A stretch of DNA of 64,000 bases, taken from contig CALUNU010000013.1 of NCBI GenBank assembly GCA_944322095.1, positions 466 through 64,465 of the forward strand, in the 5' to 3' direction. The notes below the pieces were generated by a model that saw only the letters and a list, made by a program, of their open reading frames with translations, did not search any database and was not told the DNA's origin. The translations under genes and the position numbers were made by a program. Positions 59,619 to 64,000 of this stretch are shown here, in pieces. The DNA comes from an uncultured Alloprevotella sp. Its GTDB lineage: Bacteria; Bacteroidota; Bacteroidia; Bacteroidales; Bacteroidaceae. Within the stretch, counting starts at the first letter, position 1, and each line of letters opens with the position of its first letter.

Positions 59619-59639
59619 CGGAGTAAAACTACATTGATT

Positions 59640-60110
59640 ATGAAAGAAGATAAAACATATCTTGCAGGGTTGTTCGGGGGCATCAAAACGCTGTGCGTCG
59701 GCCTGAAGACGACGATGCGCGAGCTCTTTACGCCCAAAATGACCGAGCAGTATCCCGAGAACCGCAAGGAGCTGAAAATGTTCGACCGTTTCCGCGGTTC
59801 GCTCACGATGCCCCACAACGAGAACAACGAGCACAAGTGCGTGGGGTGCGGTCTGTGCCAGATGGCATGCCCGAACGGCACCATTACGGTGAAGAGCGAA
59901 TTTTACGAGACGGAAGATGGCAAGAAGAAAAAGCGTCTTGTCAGCTACGAGTACAATCTTGGCTCCTGCATGTTCTGCCAGTTGTGTGTGAGGGCCTGCC
60001 CGCACGGCGCCATCACGTTCGACCAGAGTTTTGAGAATGCCGTGTTCGACCGTTCGAAGCTTGTCAGGAAGCTGAACCACGAAGGCAGCAAATTAATGGA
60101 AACGAAATAA
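59640..60110 (+). CDS. nuoI: NADH-quinone oxidoreductase subunit I
   Basis: TEQYPE, CVGCGLCQMACP, CMFCQLCVRACP. Confidence 0.93.
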   Translation: MKEDKTYLAGLFGGIKTLCVGLKTTMRELFTPKMTEQYPENRKELKMFDRFRGSLTMPHNENNEHKCVGCGLCQMACPNGTITVKSEFYETEDGKKKKRLVSYEYNLGSCMFCQLCVRACPHGAITFDQSFENAVFDRSKLVRKLNHEGSKLMETK

Positions 60111-60119
60111 TCAGACATT

Positions 60120-60632
60120 ATGAATTCGCATAATATTATGTTCATCGTGCTGGCAGTCTTCATCGCTCTGTCCTCGTTTATGACGGTGCTGACAAAGAGC
60201 ATCATCCGGGCTGCCACGTACCTGCTCTTTGTGCTGCTGGGTACGGCCGGTCTGTATTTCCTTATGGGCTATACATTCCTGGGTTCCGTCCAGGTGATGG
60301 TGTATGCGGGAGGCATTGTCGTGCTGTACGTGTTCTCCATACTCCTCACCAGCGGCGCCAAAGATGTTGTGAACAACCGTACAAAGAAAAAGGTATTCTT
60401 CGCGGCGTTGCTTTCGCTCGTGGGCTTTGCCACGGTGCTCGTCGTATTGCTCAAGCACGGCTTCAAGGCCGCTGTCCTTTCGGCTCCCGAGGAGGGAGGC
60501 ATCACCATCGACAGCGTGGGTCGCTTCATGCTCTCGTCCGGCCAGAACGGCTACCTCCTGCCTTTCGAGGCCGTGAGCGTCCTGCTGCTGGCGTGCATCG
60601 TCGCAGGCTTGCTGATTGCCCGTAAACGCTAA
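60120..60632 (+). CDS. nuoJ: NADH-quinone oxidoreductase subunit J
   Basis: QVMVYAGGIVVL, YLLPFEAVSVLLL. Confidence 0.92.
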   Translation: MNSHNIMFIVLAVFIALSSFMTVLTKSIIRAATYLLFVLLGTAGLYFLMGYTFLGSVQVMVYAGGIVVLYVFSILLTSGAKDVVNNRTKKKVFFAALLSLVGFATVLVVLLKHGFKAAVLSAPEEGGITIDSVGRFMLSSGQNGYLLPFEAVSVLLLACIVAGLLIARKR

Positions 60633-60647
60633 AAATGGAATAAGACT

Positions 60648-60956
60648 ATGATACATTTGGAATATATTCTCATCATTTCGGCCATTATGATGTTCGCAGG
60701 CGTCTACGGCTTCCTGACGCGCAAGAGCACCCTGGCCATACTGCTCTCCATCGAGCTGATGCTTAATTCCACGGACATCAATTTCGCGGCATTCAACCGA
60801 ATGCTTTACCCCGACGGACACGAGGGCTATTTCTTTGCCCTGTTCTCCATCGCCATCTCGGCGGCCGAGAGCGCCATCGCCATTGCCATCATGATCAACA
60901 TCTACCGAATGCTGAAAGACATATCGGTGGGCAAGCTCGAAAAGATGAAATGGTGA
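60648..60956 (+). CDS. nuoK: NADH-quinone oxidoreductase subunit K
   Basis: SIELMLN, AISAAESAIAIA. Confidence 0.94.
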   Translation: MIHLEYILIISAIMMFAGVYGFLTRKSTLAILLSIELMLNSTDINFAAFNRMLYPDGHEGYFFALFSIAISAAESAIAIAIMINIYRMLKDISVGKLEKMKW

Positions 60957-61004
60957 ACTGCGGGATAACAAAGCAATTTTCAAACCGTAAGCAACACAAT
61001 TGAT

Positions 61005-62915
61005 ATGGAATACACAATATTAATACTTCTGCTCCCGTTTCTCTCGTTCCTGCTTCTGGGAATTGCGGGAAAATGGTTCAGCCACAGGGCGGCAGGCTTG
61101 ATTGGCACGTGCTGTCTGGCCGTTGTGACGATACTGTCGTACATGACTGCCTACGACTTCTTTACCATGCCCCGCACGGCCGAAGGTGTCATCGAGGCCA
61201 TGCCGCCGGTGGTCAACTTCACGTGGCTGCCTTTCTTTGCCGAGGGGCTGAAATTTGAGATGGGCATCCTGCTCGACCCCATTTCGGTCATGATGCTGAT
61301 CGTCATCTCCACGGTTTCTTTCATGGTACACATCTATTCGTTCGGCTATATGCACGGGGAGCGCGGCTTCCAGCGCTATTATGCCTTCCTGAGCCTTTTC
61401 ACCATGTCGATGCTCGGACTGGTGGTAGCCACGAACATTTTCCAGATGTACCTGTTCTGGGAGCTCGTGGGCGTTTCGTCCTATTTGCTCATCGGCTTCT
61501 ACTACACGTCGCCCGCGGCCATCGCGGCATCCAAGAAGGCCTTCATCGTGACGCGCTTTGCCGACATGTTTTTCCTCATTGGCATTCTCATCTACGGCTA
61601 CTACTGCGGAACGTTCAGCTTCGACTTCGCCGGCGAGGCCCGTGGCTTTGCTGCCGGTGGCTTCATGCTCCCCACGGCGCTGCTGTTGATGTTTATCGGT
61701 GGTGCTGGTAAGAGTGCCATGTTCCCGTTGCACATCTGGCTGCCCGACGCCATGGAGGGCCCGACGCCCGTCAGCGCCCTCATCCACGCCGCCACGATGG
61801 TGGTGGCCGGCGTGTTCCAGATTGCACGCCTCTTCCCCTTGTGGATACAGTATGCTCCCGACACGTTGCACATCGTGGCCTGGGTGGGCGCCTTCACTGC
61901 GTTCTATGCAGCGTCGGTGGCCTGCGTGCAGAGCGACATCAAGCGCGTGCTGGCCTTCTCCACCATTTCGCAGATTGCCTTCATGATGGTGGCGCTCGGC
62001 GTTTGTACGGAGATTACCACCGGCCATGAGCATCCCGGCAGCCTGGGCTACATGGCTTCGATGTTCCATCTGTTTACGCACGCCATGTTCAAGGCTCTTC
62101 TCTTCCTTGGCGCCGGGTGTATCATCCATGCCGTTCACAGCAACGAGATGAGCGCCATGGGCGGCCTGCGCAAGTATATGCCCATCACGCACATTACGTT
62201 CCTCATCGCCTGCCTGGCCATCTCGGGCATACCTCCCTTCTCGGGCTTCTTCTCGAAGGACGAAATTCTGACGGCCTGCTTTGCATACAGCCCCGCCATG
62301 GGCTGGATCATGACGGCCATCGCAGGCATGACGGCCTTCTACATGTTCCGTCTGTATTACGGCATATTCTGGGGCACGGAGAACAAGCAGCTCCACGCCG
62401 AGCACACGCCGCACGAGGCTCCGCTCACGATGACTGTCCCCCTGATGGTGCTGGCCCTGATAACCATCTTCTGCGGATGGGCCCTCAACTTCGGCAGCTA
62501 CGTGAGCGCCGACGGACGCGACTATCAGATCCACCTCGACTGGTCGGTGGCCGGCACGAGCATCGTCGTGGCCATCGTGGCCATCGCCCTCGCCACCTTC
62601 ATTTATGCCCGCGACAAGCAGCCCGTGGCCGACAAGCTGGCTTCGCAGTTCAGCAGCTTGCACAAATGGGCCTACCACCGCTTCTATATGGACGAGGTTT
62701 ATCAGTTCATTACGCACCGCATCATCTTTGCCCACATATCGAAGCCCATCGCCTGGTTCGACCGTCACGTGGTGGACGGCTTCTTCAACTTCCTGGCATG
62801 GGGCACGAACGCCCTCGGCTTCGAAATCCGCGGCTTGCAGAGCGGAAGCGTGCAGAAGTACGCCTTCGTCTTCCTGCTGGGTGCTCTTCTCCTGTTGTTT
62901 ATCATGATAATTTAA
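61005..62915 (+). CDS. nuoL: NADH-quinone oxidoreductase subunit L
   Basis: FLFWELVG-like, GKSAMFPLHIWLPDAMEGPTPVSALIHAATMV, HAMFKALLFL. Confidence 0.95.
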   Translation: MEYTILILLLPFLSFLLLGIAGKWFSHRAAGLIGTCCLAVVTILSYMTAYDFFTMPRTAEGVIEAMPPVVNFTWLPFFAEGLKFEMGILLDPISVMMLIVISTVSFMVHIYSFGYMHGERGFQRYYAFLSLFTMSMLGLVVATNIFQMYLFWELVGVSSYLLIGFYYTSPAAIAASKKAFIVTRFADMFFLIGILIYGYYCGTFSFDFAGEARGFAAGGFMLPTALLLMFIGGAGKSAMFPLHIWLPDAMEGPTPVSALIHAATMVVAGVFQIARLFPLWIQYAPDTLHIVAWVGAFTAFYAASVACVQSDIKRVLAFSTISQIAFMMVALGVCTEITTGHEHPGSLGYMASMFHLFTHAMFKALLFLGAGCIIHAVHSNEMSAMGGLRKYMPITHITFLIACLAISGIPPFSGFFSKDEILTACFAYSPAMGWIMTAIAGMTAFYMFRLYYGIFWGTENKQLHAEHTPHEAPLTMTVPLMVLALITIFCGWALNFGSYVSADGRDYQIHLDWSVAGTSIVVAIVAIALATFIYARDKQPVADKLASQFSSLHKWAYHRFYMDEVYQFITHRIIFAHISKPIAWFDRHVVDGFFNFLAWGTNALGFEIRGLQSGSVQKYAFVFLLGALLLLFIMII

Positions 62916-62928
62916 GCCATTTGACGAT

Positions 62929-64000
62929 ATGAATTTTCTATCATTATTCGTTCTGATACCCCTTCTCATGCTGCTCGGGCTTTGGTTGGCCCGGGGGCTG
63001 AAGGGTGTGCGCACCGTCATGGTGATTGGCAGCTCGGCCCTGCTCCTGCTGGCAGCCTGGCTCACCGTCACCTTCCTGTCCGACCGTGCGGCCGGGCTCG
63101 ACGCCGAGATGCTCTATACGGCTTCGTTCACCTGGTTCGAGCCGCTCCATATCAAGTACTCCGTAGGTGTCGACGGCATCTCGGTGGCCATGTTGCTGCT
63201 GTCGTCCATCATCGTTTTCACGGGAACGTTTGCTTCCTGGCAGCTCAAGCCGCTCACCAAGGAATACTTCCTCTGGTTCACGCTTCTGAGCCTCGGTGTG
63301 TTTGGCTTCTTCATTTCGGTCGACATGTTCATGATGTTCATGTTCTACGAGATCGCCCTCATCCCCATGTACCTCCTCATCGGCGTGTGGGGCAGCGGCA
63401 AGAAGGAATATGCCGCCATGAAGCTCACGCTCATGCTCATGGGCGGCTCCGCCTTCCTGATGTGTGGCATTTTCGGCATCTTCTACGGTGCCGGCGGCCA
63501 GACGATGAACGTCGTCGACATTGCCAACCACACGGGCGGCGCTCACCCCATCGACTTTGCGCAGCAGTGCATCTGGTTCCCCCTGACGTTTATCGGCTTC
63601 GGCGTGCTGGGCGCCCTTTTCCCCTTCCACACATGGAGCCCCGACGGTCACGCCTCGGCCCCCACGGCCGTGTCGATGCTTCACGCCGGTGTGCTCATGA
63701 AGCTCGGCGGCTACGGCTGTTTCCGCATCGCCATGTATCTCATGCCCGAGGCCACGAATGAGCTGGGCTGGATCTTCCTCATCCTCACGGGCATTTCCGT
63801 GGTCTACGGAGCCTTCTCCGCTTGCGTGCAGACCGACCTGAAATACATCAACGCCTATTCGTCCGTATCCCACTGCGGCCTGGTGCTCTTTGCCATCCTC
63901 ATGGTCAACCAGACGGCGGCTACGGGTGCCGTGCTTCAGATGTTGAGCCACGGACTGATGACGGCCCTCTTCTTTGCCCTCATCGGTATGATTTACGGCC
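62929..64000 (+). CDS. nuoM: NADH-quinone oxidoreductase subunit M (runs off the window end)
   Basis: MNFLSLFVLIPLLM, GVDGIS, FYEIALIPMY, PFHTWSPDGHASAPT, LMKLGGYG. Not in the ORF track because the stop is outside the window. Confidence 0.92.
   Translation, partial: MNFLSLFVLIPLLMLLGLWLARGLKGVRTVMVIGSSALLLLAAWLTVTFLSDRAAGLDAEMLYTASFTWFEPLHIKYSVGVDGISVAMLLLSSIIVFTGTFASWQLKPLTKEYFLWFTLLSLGVFGFFISVDMFMMFMFYEIALIPMYLLIGVWGSGKKEYAAMKLTLMLMGGSAFLMCGIFGIFYGAGGQTMNVVDIANHTGGAHPIDFAQQCIWFPLTFIGFGVLGALFPFHTWSPDGHASAPTAVSMLHAGVLMKLGGYGCFRIAMYLMPEATNELGWIFLILTGISVVYGAFSACVQTDLKYINAYSSVSHCGLVLFAILMVNQTAATGAVLQMLSHGLMTALFFALIGMIYG

Overview
A 64-kb, GC-rich chromosomal segment from a Bacteroidales bacterium, probably Prevotellaceae. 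The assignment rests on protein similarity recalled from known families, the TAnnTTTG promoter boxes and a T9SS-type C-terminal domain. The left end carries a type II-C CRISPR-Cas module on the minus strand: tracrRNA with its own promoter, a 1524-aa Cas9 with all catalytic motifs, cas1 and cas2. No CRISPR array is visible; a spacer-less 21-bp tandem repeat sits about 210 bp past cas2 instead. The rest is mainly housekeeping: GH18/LamG secreted glycosidase, engB, sensor kinase, OM beta-barrel, xth-sppA-lpxK-punA, argF', ddl/rluD/PASTA, rpmH, trpS, MATE, aroB, an FMN/Fe-S protein with nitroreductase, the pheA-aminotransferase-DAHP synthase/chorismate mutase-tyrA operon, an OadA-like carboxyltransferase, cysteine synthase, Fe-S/aldo-keto reductase, pssA/psd, folP-cdaA, murF and nuoA-B-CD-H-I-J-K-L-M (truncated). 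The most notable signals are non-coding and absent from the ORF track. They are (1) a complete Phe/Tyr ribosome-mediated attenuator, (2) the tracrRNA, (3) an ~85-bp palindromic repeat family whose ends carry outward-facing -7 promoter boxes, (4) two inverted heptamer-array elements at stop codons, (5) a dispersed 21-bp repeat family and (6) a structured, terminator-containing nuo leader. All calls were made by eye, with no database searches.
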